DNA of 64,000 nucleotides. It comes from Gemmatimonadota bacterium (GTDB lineage Bacteria; Gemmatimonadota; Gemmatimonadetes; Gemmatimonadales; GWC2-71-9). The position numbers were made by a program, and so were the translations under genes. Shown one piece after another: positions 41,671 through 49,663 of this stretch; within the stretch, counting starts at the first letter, position 1, and every line of letters begins with the position of its first letter. The notes beneath the pieces were generated by a model. It ran no database searches, had not been told where the DNA came from, and saw only the letters and a program-made list of their open reading frames with translations. Location: the NCBI GenBank assembly GCA_039588295.1, contig JBDHAB010000004.1, positions 32,001 to 96,000 of the forward strand, in the 5' to 3' direction.

Positions 41671-42512
41671 GCGGACGCGTCCTCGTGGCGACCGCGGCGC
41701 TCCTGGCCACCGGATTGCCGGCCGTCGCGCAAACGAGTGTCCGGCTCCGGTTCGCTCCGCAGAGGGGCGTGGCGATGCAGCGGGTGTTCCAGACGCACAC
41801 CCGCTTGTCGCTGCCCGCCCAGGACGCGGGGGTGATGCAGGTCCGGGAAGTCGGGTACGTGGGTGGCGCGACCCAGTCGATGCTCGGTAGGCGGCGCCAG
41901 GAGTCGGTCGTCCACGTCAACCTCGATTCGTTGCGGAGTCGCATGCGTGAGGCCGGCGGACCGTGGCGCGAGGTTCGCATGGCGGGGCTCGACTCCGTGT
42001 GGATGCAGGTGACATTGGACGAACAGATGCACGTGCTGCGCCAGGCTGCGGCGACCGCGGGACTCGGGCGCGACTTGCTCTTGCAGCTCCTCACCGGGGC
42101 ACCGGGGCTCGTCGTCCCGGCACGACCGGTGCGCCGTGGTGAGCAATGGCGTGCGGAACTCGACGTGGGACTTGGCGACGTTGCGCTCGGAGCGCCCGCG
42201 TCGGGGCCGGAGCGGTTGAGCGTTCGCGCGACCGTCGTGGTCGACAGTATCGTGGCGCGGTCACACGACACGTTGGCCTACCTGTCACTCCGCGGGCCCG
42301 TGGAGCCGAGGGGCGTTTCCGCACCGGGAGGACGAACGCTGCGTTACGCGGGAGGGATGACCGGCGGAGTCGTCTGGTCGACGGGTTGGGGTGGCGTCGT
42401 CTCAACGGCTATCAGGTTCGAGCTGCGGATCGACGCCCCCGCCGCCCCCGGCGACCGGACTACGCGTCCCGTGACCATCGAAACCACGATCCGACACGCT
42501 GTGGTCCCGTGA
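41667..42512 (+). CDS. Hypothetical secreted beta-rich protein (paralog B)
   Basis: Signal peptide ending AVA-QT; shares colinear blocks with paralog A; ATGA overlap. Confidence 0.75.
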   Translation: MSGRVLVATAALLATGLPAVAQTSVRLRFAPQRGVAMQRVFQTHTRLSLPAQDAGVMQVREVGYVGGATQSMLGRRRQESVVHVNLDSLRSRMREAGGPWREVRMAGLDSVWMQVTLDEQMHVLRQAAATAGLGRDLLLQLLTGAPGLVVPARPVRRGEQWRAELDVGLGDVALGAPASGPERLSVRATVVVDSIVARSHDTLAYLSLRGPVEPRGVSAPGGRTLRYAGGMTGGVVWSTGWGGVVSTAIRFELRIDAPAAPGDRTTRPVTIETTIRHAVVP

Positions 42513-42515
42513 ACC

Positions 42516-43706
42516 ATGAAGCTCGCTCATCTCGCGGACGTCCACTTGGGCTTCCGCCAGTACCATCGGCTCACACCTCACGGGATCAATCAGCGCGAGG
42601 CGGATGTCGCGGCTGCCTTTCGCCAGACGATCGAGGACATCATTCGGGCGGCTCCCGACGTCGTCATCATTGCAGGAGATCTGTTTAACTCCGTACGGCC
42701 GACGAACCCAGCCATCCTCCACTCGTTTGGCCTGCTGAGCAATCTCCGCTCATCGCTGCCCGCCACTCCGGTCGTGCTTGTTGCGGGCAATCACGACACG
42801 CCACGCTCCACAGAGACCGGCACGATTCTCAAGCTGTTCGAGGCGGTCGACGGTGTGCATGTCGTGGCTGATCGGACACGCGACCTCGCGTTCCACGCAG
42901 GGGATCTCACGATACGATGTGTGCCGCACGTTGCGTGGCTGACGGCCCCACGACCGACCCTCACCCCTCCGCGCGGATCCGGCCGCAACATCGTCGTGAC
43001 ACATGGAGAGATTGCGGGAGTCATACGTCCGGATGCCTGGGCGCTCGAATACGGTGGTGCGCTCGTGGACCGTGCCGAGCTACATGCAGAGCGCTGGGAC
43101 TACGTGGCGCTGGGACACTATCACGTCGCCCACCAAGTGGCCGACAACGCCTGGTACAGCGGCGCGTTGGAATACGTGAGCACCAATCCTTGGGGTGAGT
43201 TGCAGGATGAGGCTCGAGAAGGACGGGCGGGTCAGAAGGGCTGGCTACTCGTCGAGCTTGGCGATGGTGCACCCAACGTACAGTTCCGGCCGATTTCGTT
43301 GGCGCGCAGCCCCATCGACCTGCCGGCGATTCATGCCGCCGGTCTCAACGCGGGGGAGATCGATCAGCAGGTATACGAGCATGTAGACGCTGTCGACGGC
43401 GGCATCGACAACCACATTGTTCGCCAGCTCGTCTTCGACGTACCAAGGCCCGTCGCTCGCGACCTGAACCACGCGCGACTGCGTGAGCTCAAGGCGCGGG
43501 CGCTCCACTTCAACCTCGACGTGCGCAGGCCGCCATCCCGCCGCGAGGTCGGTGTGGGAGCCCCCGGGGAACGTCGTACGCTGGCGGACGTTGTCACCGA
43601 ATACCTCAGCGAACGCCTTCTGGATGCCGAGGTGCCTCGCGATCGACTGGTGGCGCTCGGGAAGCAGTACCTCGAAGAGGTCGAGAGAGGGTTGCTCGAG
43701 GAATAG
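42516..43706 (+). CDS. sbcD: Mre11/SbcD nuclease
   Basis: HLADVHLG, IAGDLF, AGNHD, VTHG and YVALGHYH phosphoesterase motifs. Confidence 0.93.
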   Translation: MKLAHLADVHLGFRQYHRLTPHGINQREADVAAAFRQTIEDIIRAAPDVVIIAGDLFNSVRPTNPAILHSFGLLSNLRSSLPATPVVLVAGNHDTPRSTETGTILKLFEAVDGVHVVADRTRDLAFHAGDLTIRCVPHVAWLTAPRPTLTPPRGSGRNIVVTHGEIAGVIRPDAWALEYGGALVDRAELHAERWDYVALGHYHVAHQVADNAWYSGALEYVSTNPWGELQDEAREGRAGQKGWLLVELGDGAPNVQFRPISLARSPIDLPAIHAAGLNAGEIDQQVYEHVDAVDGGIDNHIVRQLVFDVPRPVARDLNHARLRELKARALHFNLDVRRPPSRREVGVGAPGERRTLADVVTEYLSERLLDAEVPRDRLVALGKQYLEEVERGLLEE

Positions 43707-46136
43707 ATGCGACTCCACCGCCTCAAGCTGCTCAATTTCCGGCAACACGCGTCGACGGAGATCGTCTTCGGATCCGGAATCACGGCGATCATCGGGCCTA
43801 ATGGATCCGGCAAGACGACGCTGCTCGAGGCGATTGCGTGGGCGTTCTACGGTAACCCGGCGGCGCGCGGGTCCCGCGATTCCATTCGCTGGAACCGTGC
43901 GGCGGCACGGGCGTCCGTGCGCGTCGAGGTGGAGTTTGGGCTTGGTGCGCATGAGTTCCGCGTCGCGCGGGGACTGTACGCGGCCGAGTTCTACCAGGAT
44001 CGATTCGACGCGCCCACCGCTGTCGGGCATCAAGAGGTAACGAGTAGGGTGGCACGACTCCTCGGTATGTCGCGGACGGAGTTCTTCAGTACCTACTTCA
44101 CGGGACAAAAGGAACTCGCGGTGATGGCGTCGCTCGGGCCCGCCGACCGCGCCAGGTTTCTCTCGCGCGTACTCGGATATGAGAAACTCAAGCTGGCGCA
44201 GGATCGGCTGCGCGAGACCCGCTCCTCGTTGCGCGGCGAGTTGGCCGGCCTCGAACGCGGGCTCGCTGACCCGGACGAGCTGAAACGCGACTATGACGCC
44301 GCGGCTGAGCGGCTGGCGGAGGTCAAACGTGAGGCGGCGGCCGCGGAGACCGCTACAACCGCTGCTCGGCAACGACTCGACCGCGAGGGGCCGGTCTGGA
44401 CGAAGATGGTGGCATTGCGTGAACGCTCGCTTGCGCTCGATGGCGAGCGGCGGATCGCCGAACGGGACGTGGGGGAGGCACGCCGCGAGTTTGAGCGGCT
44501 CGATCGCGAACTCGCCGACGCGCTCGCCGCTAAATCGAGCCTCGAGGAGTTGGCATCGGACCTCGAGGCCGTGGACCCGTTGAAGGAGGAACTCGACCGG
44601 CTTGAGCGTGAGGCGCAGAACGCTGGTCGACGCCGCTCGGTCACCGGACAGCTGAGCGAACTCAGTGGGCAAACGGAACGCACGATCCAGCGCCTGGACC
44701 GCCTCTCGAGTATCGGCGACGCGCTACAACAGGCTCGCGCGGAGCTGGAAACGGCGCGCCGCGGGCTGCAGGAGGCCGAGCGAAGTGAAGCGGACGCGCG
44801 CACCGTGTGGGTGCGAGCCAAACAGGATGCCGAGACGAAGCGGCAGAACCTGCGCGACCAGTACCTCGACCACCAGAAGCACCGACAGAGTGTCCTCAGC
44901 GCTGGGGCGGATGGTGAGTGTCCGATCTGCCGCCGTCCGCTTGGCGCCGTCTATCAGACCGTGCTGGAGACGCTGGGCCGACAGATGGAGGAGATCGAGG
45001 TAAAGGGCAAGTTCTTCAAGCAGCGCATCGAGCAGCTCCAGAAGCAACCCCCAGAGGTTGGGGACGCGGAGCGAGCTGCCCAAGAGGCCCGGACGCACGT
45101 CGAACACACCGTTCAAGAAGTTGCGCGGTGCGAAGATCGCGTGCGTGAGGAAAAGGAGATGCGGTCCGAGCTGGAACGTCTCCAAGCAAGGCGGCAAGAG
45201 CTGGAGAACGAGATTGCGCAGCTTTCCGATGCATATGATGCAAGCCGCCACGAAGAAGTACGCCAGCAGCTACGCGCGCTCGAACCCACCATTCGGACGG
45301 CTGCGGAGCTGGGTATCAAGGCATCGCGTGCGGAGGCGCTCGTGCAGGAGGCGGAAGCTGCCGAGCGCAACGCCTCGGAGCGGGAGACCCGTGCGCGTGA
45401 TTTCGCCGAGGCCCTGCAATCGCTGGGATTCAGCGAACAGGCCTTCGCAGAAGCGCGGGCGCGGTACGAGGAAGCGGAAGCCGAACGCCAGGAAACCGAG
45501 TTGCGTGTGGCTTCGGTGCAGGGGGACCTGCGCGCGGCTGAAGCTGCGGCCACGCATGCGAAACGCCGCATCGAAGAGCGCCGGGAACGCGCGGATCGGA
45601 TCCAGGAGACCAAGACGGAGCTTGCGTTGCACGACGAGCTTGATCGTGCGTTGCAGGACCTCCGCGCCGAGCTCAACGCGGCGATGCGGCCGGAACTGGC
45701 GGAGCGGGCGTCCGACTTCTTGGGTAGTCTCACGGATGGTCGGTATGCGGAGCTGGAGCTCGACGAGCACTACGAGGTCCTGATCGTCGAAGACGGTCAG
45801 GCCAAACCCGTGATCTCGGGAGGTGAGGAGGACATGCTCCACCTCTCCTTGCGACTCGCCATCAGCCAGATGGTTGCCGAGCGGGCTGGGCAACCACTGT
45901 CGCTGCTCGTGCTTGACGAGATCTTTGGCAGTCTGGACGAGGCACGACGTCACAATGTCGTGGCATTGCTGCGTGGACTGGCGGATCGGTTCCCCCAGGT
46001 CATCCTGATTACCCATATCGAATCGGTGCGGGACGGAGTCGATCGAGTGCTGCGAGTCGAATTGGACGAAGAAACGGGCGCTGCTCGACTGACCGATGAC
46101 GAGATACCGGTTGGAGGTGCGGATGTGGCGGCCTGA
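43707..46136 (+). CDS. sbcC: Rad50/SbcC SMC-family ATPase
   Basis: GPNGSGKTT Walker A, central CPIC zinc hook (about residue 405 of 809), ISGGE signature, LVLDE Walker B, ILITH. Confidence 0.93.
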   Translation: MRLHRLKLLNFRQHASTEIVFGSGITAIIGPNGSGKTTLLEAIAWAFYGNPAARGSRDSIRWNRAAARASVRVEVEFGLGAHEFRVARGLYAAEFYQDRFDAPTAVGHQEVTSRVARLLGMSRTEFFSTYFTGQKELAVMASLGPADRARFLSRVLGYEKLKLAQDRLRETRSSLRGELAGLERGLADPDELKRDYDAAAERLAEVKREAAAAETATTAARQRLDREGPVWTKMVALRERSLALDGERRIAERDVGEARREFERLDRELADALAAKSSLEELASDLEAVDPLKEELDRLEREAQNAGRRRSVTGQLSELSGQTERTIQRLDRLSSIGDALQQARAELETARRGLQEAERSEADARTVWVRAKQDAETKRQNLRDQYLDHQKHRQSVLSAGADGECPICRRPLGAVYQTVLETLGRQMEEIEVKGKFFKQRIEQLQKQPPEVGDAERAAQEARTHVEHTVQEVARCEDRVREEKEMRSELERLQARRQELENEIAQLSDAYDASRHEEVRQQLRALEPTIRTAAELGIKASRAEALVQEAEAAERNASERETRARDFAEALQSLGFSEQAFAEARARYEEAEAERQETELRVASVQGDLRAAEAAATHAKRRIEERRERADRIQETKTELALHDELDRALQDLRAELNAAMRPELAERASDFLGSLTDGRYAELELDEHYEVLIVEDGQAKPVISGGEEDMLHLSLRLAISQMVAERAGQPLSLLVLDEIFGSLDEARRHNVVALLRGLADRFPQVILITHIESVRDGVDRVLRVELDEETGAARLTDDEIPVGGADVAA

Positions 46137-47091
46137 GAGGCTGCTGCTGGGTCCGCGGATGGCGTCGCCGGCAGACATCGAATCGCTGAATCGCGTGTTC
46201 GCGGACGCGTTCACGGAACGCTATCACCGCGACGGATTGGTCGGCGTGCGGGTTCCGCAGCTCAACCCGGACATTTGGCGGTACGCGCTTCGGGACGCAG
46301 GGGCGGGTGCGATGCTGTGGTACGATGAACACGATGGGCTGGTGGCCTTCAACATGGTCCACCGCTCCGGGGCTGAAGGGTGGATGGGCCCGCTTGCCGT
46401 GCGCACCGATCGCCAGGAGATGGGGGTAGGGAGGACCATCGTCTCGGCTGCGATCGACTGGTTGTCCACGCAGGGGGTCTCGACCATCGGCTTGGAAACG
46501 ATGCCGCGAACCGTCGAGAATATTGGCTTCTACAGTCGCATGGGCTTCGCCCCGAATCATCTGACCGTGACGATGACGGGTCATGCCGCCCGACGACGCG
46601 TGGCCGGCAAGGTGGTCCGGCTGAGCGAGCTCAGGCCTGACGAACGGTCGGCGCTTGCCGAACGGTGTCGTAGGCGTCTCGAACAGTCAGCCCGAGGCTA
46701 CGATTACCGTCGTGAAATGGATTTGACGGCAGAGCTTGCGTTGGGCGACACGATTGTCGTGGAGGGTGACCGGGACGTCGCCGGATTTGCGATTTGGCAC
46801 TCGGCCGCGCTGGTCGGTGGGCGGCCGTCCGAGGAACTCCGTGTGCTCAAGTTGTTTGCGGACTCTATCGAGACCTTCGTGCGCTTGCTGGTGGCCTTGG
46901 AAGGGTGCGCGGCAGCGGTGGGCGTGCGTCTCGTGGCGATTCGGTGTCAGACCGGTCTCACGCACGCGTACGGGGCGTTGGTGGAACGCGGCTACCACGT
47001 CCGCTGGACCGATCTCCGCATGACATTGGAGGGCTACGCGGAGCCGACCCTTCCCGAGAGCGAGGTCCTCTTCTCGAACTGGGAAATCTGA
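46123..47091 (+). CDS. GNAT family N-acetyltransferase (probably tandem domain)
   Basis: GPLAV..RQEMGVGR (QxxGxG) and NIGFYSRMGF; GGAGG RBS lies inside the sbcC 3' end. Confidence 0.85.
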   Translation: MWRPERLLLGPRMASPADIESLNRVFADAFTERYHRDGLVGVRVPQLNPDIWRYALRDAGAGAMLWYDEHDGLVAFNMVHRSGAEGWMGPLAVRTDRQEMGVGRTIVSAAIDWLSTQGVSTIGLETMPRTVENIGFYSRMGFAPNHLTVTMTGHAARRRVAGKVVRLSELRPDERSALAERCRRRLEQSARGYDYRREMDLTAELALGDTIVVEGDRDVAGFAIWHSAALVGGRPSEELRVLKLFADSIETFVRLLVALEGCAAAVGVRLVAIRCQTGLTHAYGALVERGYHVRWTDLRMTLEGYAEPTLPESEVLFSNWEI

Positions 47092-47244
47092 TTAGCGTCG
47101 CGGTGTGGAGACCAATCCCCGAGCGACCAGCACGCATCCTGCTGCGAGGAGTGTGTGGACCCAGCCGCTGGGTATGGCTGCGACAAAGGCGAGTGCCAAC
47201 CAGCCCACCAGACAGATGACACCCGCCAAGAGATAGACGTTCAT
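47092..47244 (-). CDS. 50-aa two-helix membrane protein (lmo0937/DUF5670-like; not in the ORF track)
   Basis: Manual translation MNVYLLAGVICLVGWLALAFVAAIPSGWVHTLLAAGCVLVARGLVSTPRR*; GGAG RBS. Confidence 0.7.
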   Translation of the reverse strand: MNVYLLAGVICLVGWLALAFVAAIPSGWVHTLLAAGCVLVARGLVSTPRR

Positions 47245-47272
47245 TCCGACTCCAGGTTTGGGATTGGATTTC

Positions 47273-47301
47273 TTGACGCCATCTGGACCCCGGCCTATTA
47301 T
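47273..47301 (+). promoter_or_regulatory. Sigma70-type promoter for the downstream ncRNA
   Basis: TTGACG (47273-47278), 17-nt spacer, TATTAT (47296-47301). Confidence 0.75.
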
Positions 47302-47308
47302 AGCGCTA

Positions 47309-47464
47309 GCGGGAGCGAAGAGCTGGATTATTGAGCCAACAAGCTCGACGACGTGCCCGGTTTTCGGTTGCCGATGGCAGGCCCTCTCGGGACGCCAGAC
47401 GCAGCGGTTGGGGCACGGTTCCTTTGGTTTCGGGCTTCAATAATGCTCTTCGTTCCCGTTTTTT
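47309..47464 (+). ncRNA. ssrS: 6S RNA
   Basis: Rod-like fold: CGGGAGCGAAGAGC/GCTCTTCGTTCCCG, ATTATTGA/TCAATAAT, central bubble, GTGCCC/GGGCAC; TGAGCCAAC and CCTTTGGTT resemble conserved 6S boxes; T-run at the 3' end. Confidence 0.8.
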
Positions 47465-47635
47465 GCATCTCTAGGCCGCTCATGTGATCGATGACGGCTG
47501 CGCCACACCTCCAGCACACATCGTGGTACATTTACCGTCCCAATGAGTACCTGGACGCTGGGTCCGTGCCGTTCCATCGCCACGATGGCGACGACCGCCG
47601 AACACGGCGCTTGACGCAGCAGGAGGAGTGACGAC

Positions 47636-48277
47636 GTGACGAGTCGACAGCGTGGCCAGACCGCACCATCAAGCCGCACACCGGATGTGCTCGAGATGAC
47701 GCGGGGCGCTGCGGAAGCCGAACTTCAGACGCTCGTCCACCGCATGCTCCAATTGCTCGGGGAGGATCCGGAGCGCGAGGGACTGGAACGTACACCGGCG
47801 CGTGTCGAGTCGTCACTCCGTTGGCTCACGCGGGGTTATGGCCAGTCGGTGACCGAGGTCGTGTGCGACGCCGTGTTCGAGGAGCCGCACGAGAGCATGA
47901 TTCTGGTGCGCGACATTGAGCTATACTCGCTGTGCGAGCATCATATGCTGCCGTTCTTCGGTAAGGCACACGTCGCGTACCTGCCCAAAGGAAAGATCAT
48001 CGGTCTCTCGAAGGTCCCTCGTGTCGTCGATGTCTTTGCCCGGAGGCTACAGGTCCAGGAGCGGCTCACCGACCAGGTCGCGGATGCGCTGATGGAAGTG
48101 CTCCAACCGCATGGAGTTGGCGTGGTGATCGAGGCGTACCACCTCTGCATGATGATGCGAGGGGTGGAGAAACAGCACTCCAAGACCGTGACGAGCGCCC
48201 TGCGCGGCAGTTTCCTCGACGGCACCACGCGAGACGAGTTCTTGCGACTTGCGCACGGTGGGAGTTGGCTGGAGTAA
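47636..48277 (+). CDS. folE: GTP cyclohydrolase I
   Basis: [35 protein letters not shown] and [20 protein letters not shown]. Confidence 0.96.
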   Translation: MTSRQRGQTAPSSRTPDVLEMTRGAAEAELQTLVHRMLQLLGEDPEREGLERTPARVESSLRWLTRGYGQSVTEVVCDAVFEEPHESMILVRDIELYSLCEHHMLPFFGKAHVAYLPKGKIIGLSKVPRVVDVFARRLQVQERLTDQVADALMEVLQPHGVGVVIEAYHLCMMMRGVEKQHSKTVTSALRGSFLDGTTRDEFLRLAHGGSWLE

Positions 48278-48972
48278 TGTCGTTGGCAGGCAAGATCGCG
48301 ATCGTGACCGGCGCCAGTCGAGGCATCGGGCGGGAGATCGCCGATCGTCTCGTGAACGAAGAAGTGCAGGTGGCGTGCTTGGCACGAACCCTCACCGCTC
48401 GGCACGAGGCGCGACGCTTGGAGATACCGTGTGACGTCACGGACGAGCACCAGATCCAGCGGAGCGTCGAACAGGTGCTGGCGACGCTGGGCGTACCGGA
48501 TATCGTGGTGAACAATGCGGGTACCTTTCTGATCAAGCCACTGCACGATACGAGTAGTCGGGAGTTCATGGACCAGCTCACCGTGAACACGGTCGGACCG
48601 TTCTTGCTGCTTCGTGCGCTCGTGCCCCACTTGGTCAAGAAAGGCGGAGGCCACGTCGTCACCATCGGCAGCGTGGTGGATCACCGACCGTATGCGGGGA
48701 ACGCCGCCTACGGCGCCAGCAAGTATGGAGCACGGGGTCTCCACGAAGTGTTGGTCGAGGAAATTCGGAACACGGGAGTCCGTACCACCCTGATCTCACC
48801 TGGTGCCACCGACACGAAGCTCTGGGACTCACTCGATCCGGATGGTCGAGACGATCTTCCGGACCGGCGTGACATGCTGCTCCCATCGGATGTAGCAGAT
48901 GCCGTCATCTACGCGGTGACGCGGCCACCACGCGTCAATGTCGAGTGGATTCGGCTTATGCCGGCGGAGTAG
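48277..48972 (+). CDS. SDR family oxidoreductase
   Basis: TGASRGIG, NNAG and YGASK motifs; TAATG overlap with folE. Confidence 0.9.
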   Translation: MSLAGKIAIVTGASRGIGREIADRLVNEEVQVACLARTLTARHEARRLEIPCDVTDEHQIQRSVEQVLATLGVPDIVVNNAGTFLIKPLHDTSSREFMDQLTVNTVGPFLLLRALVPHLVKKGGGHVVTIGSVVDHRPYAGNAAYGASKYGARGLHEVLVEEIRNTGVRTTLISPGATDTKLWDSLDPDGRDDLPDRRDMLLPSDVADAVIYAVTRPPRVNVEWIRLMPAE

Positions 48973-48997
48973 CAGCGAACAGCGAAGTTCCAATCCC

Positions 48998-49594
48998 ATG
49001 TTCATTGCGCTCGCCGAATTCCTGCGCTGTCCGGCTGGTCATGCAGAGGACACGCAGTGTGTGGTTCTTCCGGAGCAGATGGTCGACCGGGATGTCCGAT
49101 CGGGGGTGGTCGGCTGTCCGATCTGCCGCCGTGAGTATCCCATCGTGAACGGCGCGGCCGTGTTCGGCGCGAGTCCGGCCCGCCCAACCGGCCTCGTCGC
49201 GGCGCTCCCAGACCCTGCCGTGGTGCAGGCGTTGCTGGGGATCGCTGGCCCGGGCGGTTACGTGGTGCTGGCCGGCTCGGCCGTGGGACTGACGGCTGGG
49301 CTTCGCGCGCTGCAGTCCGGCGTACACATCGTTGCCGTGAACCCGCCGGACGATCGGGAGACCCCGGGCGGTGCGGTGAGCGTGGTGTGCCACGACCGGA
49401 CGTTCCCGCTCAAGAGCGCTATGGCCCGCGGTGTGGTCATTGGGTCGGAGTATGCGTGCCAGCCGTGGCTCGATGAGGGCGCGCGCCTGTTGCTCAAGGG
49501 CCTGCGGCTCGTCGTGCTCCACGAGGGGATTACGATCGAGACGGTCGAGGGGCTCGCAGAGGGCGACGGGCACTGGGTCGGGCGCAAACGCTGA
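48998..49594 (+). CDS. Hypothetical protein: Trm112-like N-terminus plus degenerate methyltransferase-like domain
   Basis: LRCPAGH...GCPICRREYPIVNG followed by a Rossmann-like pattern (IVAVN, FPL, EGARLL). Confidence 0.65.
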   Translation: MFIALAEFLRCPAGHAEDTQCVVLPEQMVDRDVRSGVVGCPICRREYPIVNGAAVFGASPARPTGLVAALPDPAVVQALLGIAGPGGYVVLAGSAVGLTAGLRALQSGVHIVAVNPPDDRETPGGAVSVVCHDRTFPLKSAMARGVVIGSEYACQPWLDEGARLLLKGLRLVVLHEGITIETVEGLAEGDGHWVGRKR

Positions 49595-49663
49595 TTCGCG
49601 CCACAGCTGCCGCTCAACCGTGACGTTCGAACGCTCGAGCGGGAACTCGCCGCTCTGGCAGGC

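Noticed and set aside
37873..46136. Calling the HerA/SMC cluster a known defence island (Wadjet, Lamassu, Sir2-HerA)
   Set aside because: No JetABD, Sir2 or effector domains, no mobility genes and no evident compositional shift; motifs fit NurA/HerA/Mre11/Rad50 in a housekeeping context.
47491..47631. Possible 46-aa plus-strand ORF (MTAAPHLQHTSW...) between the 6S RNA and folE
   Set aside because: No clear RBS or motif; more likely the folE promoter/leader region.
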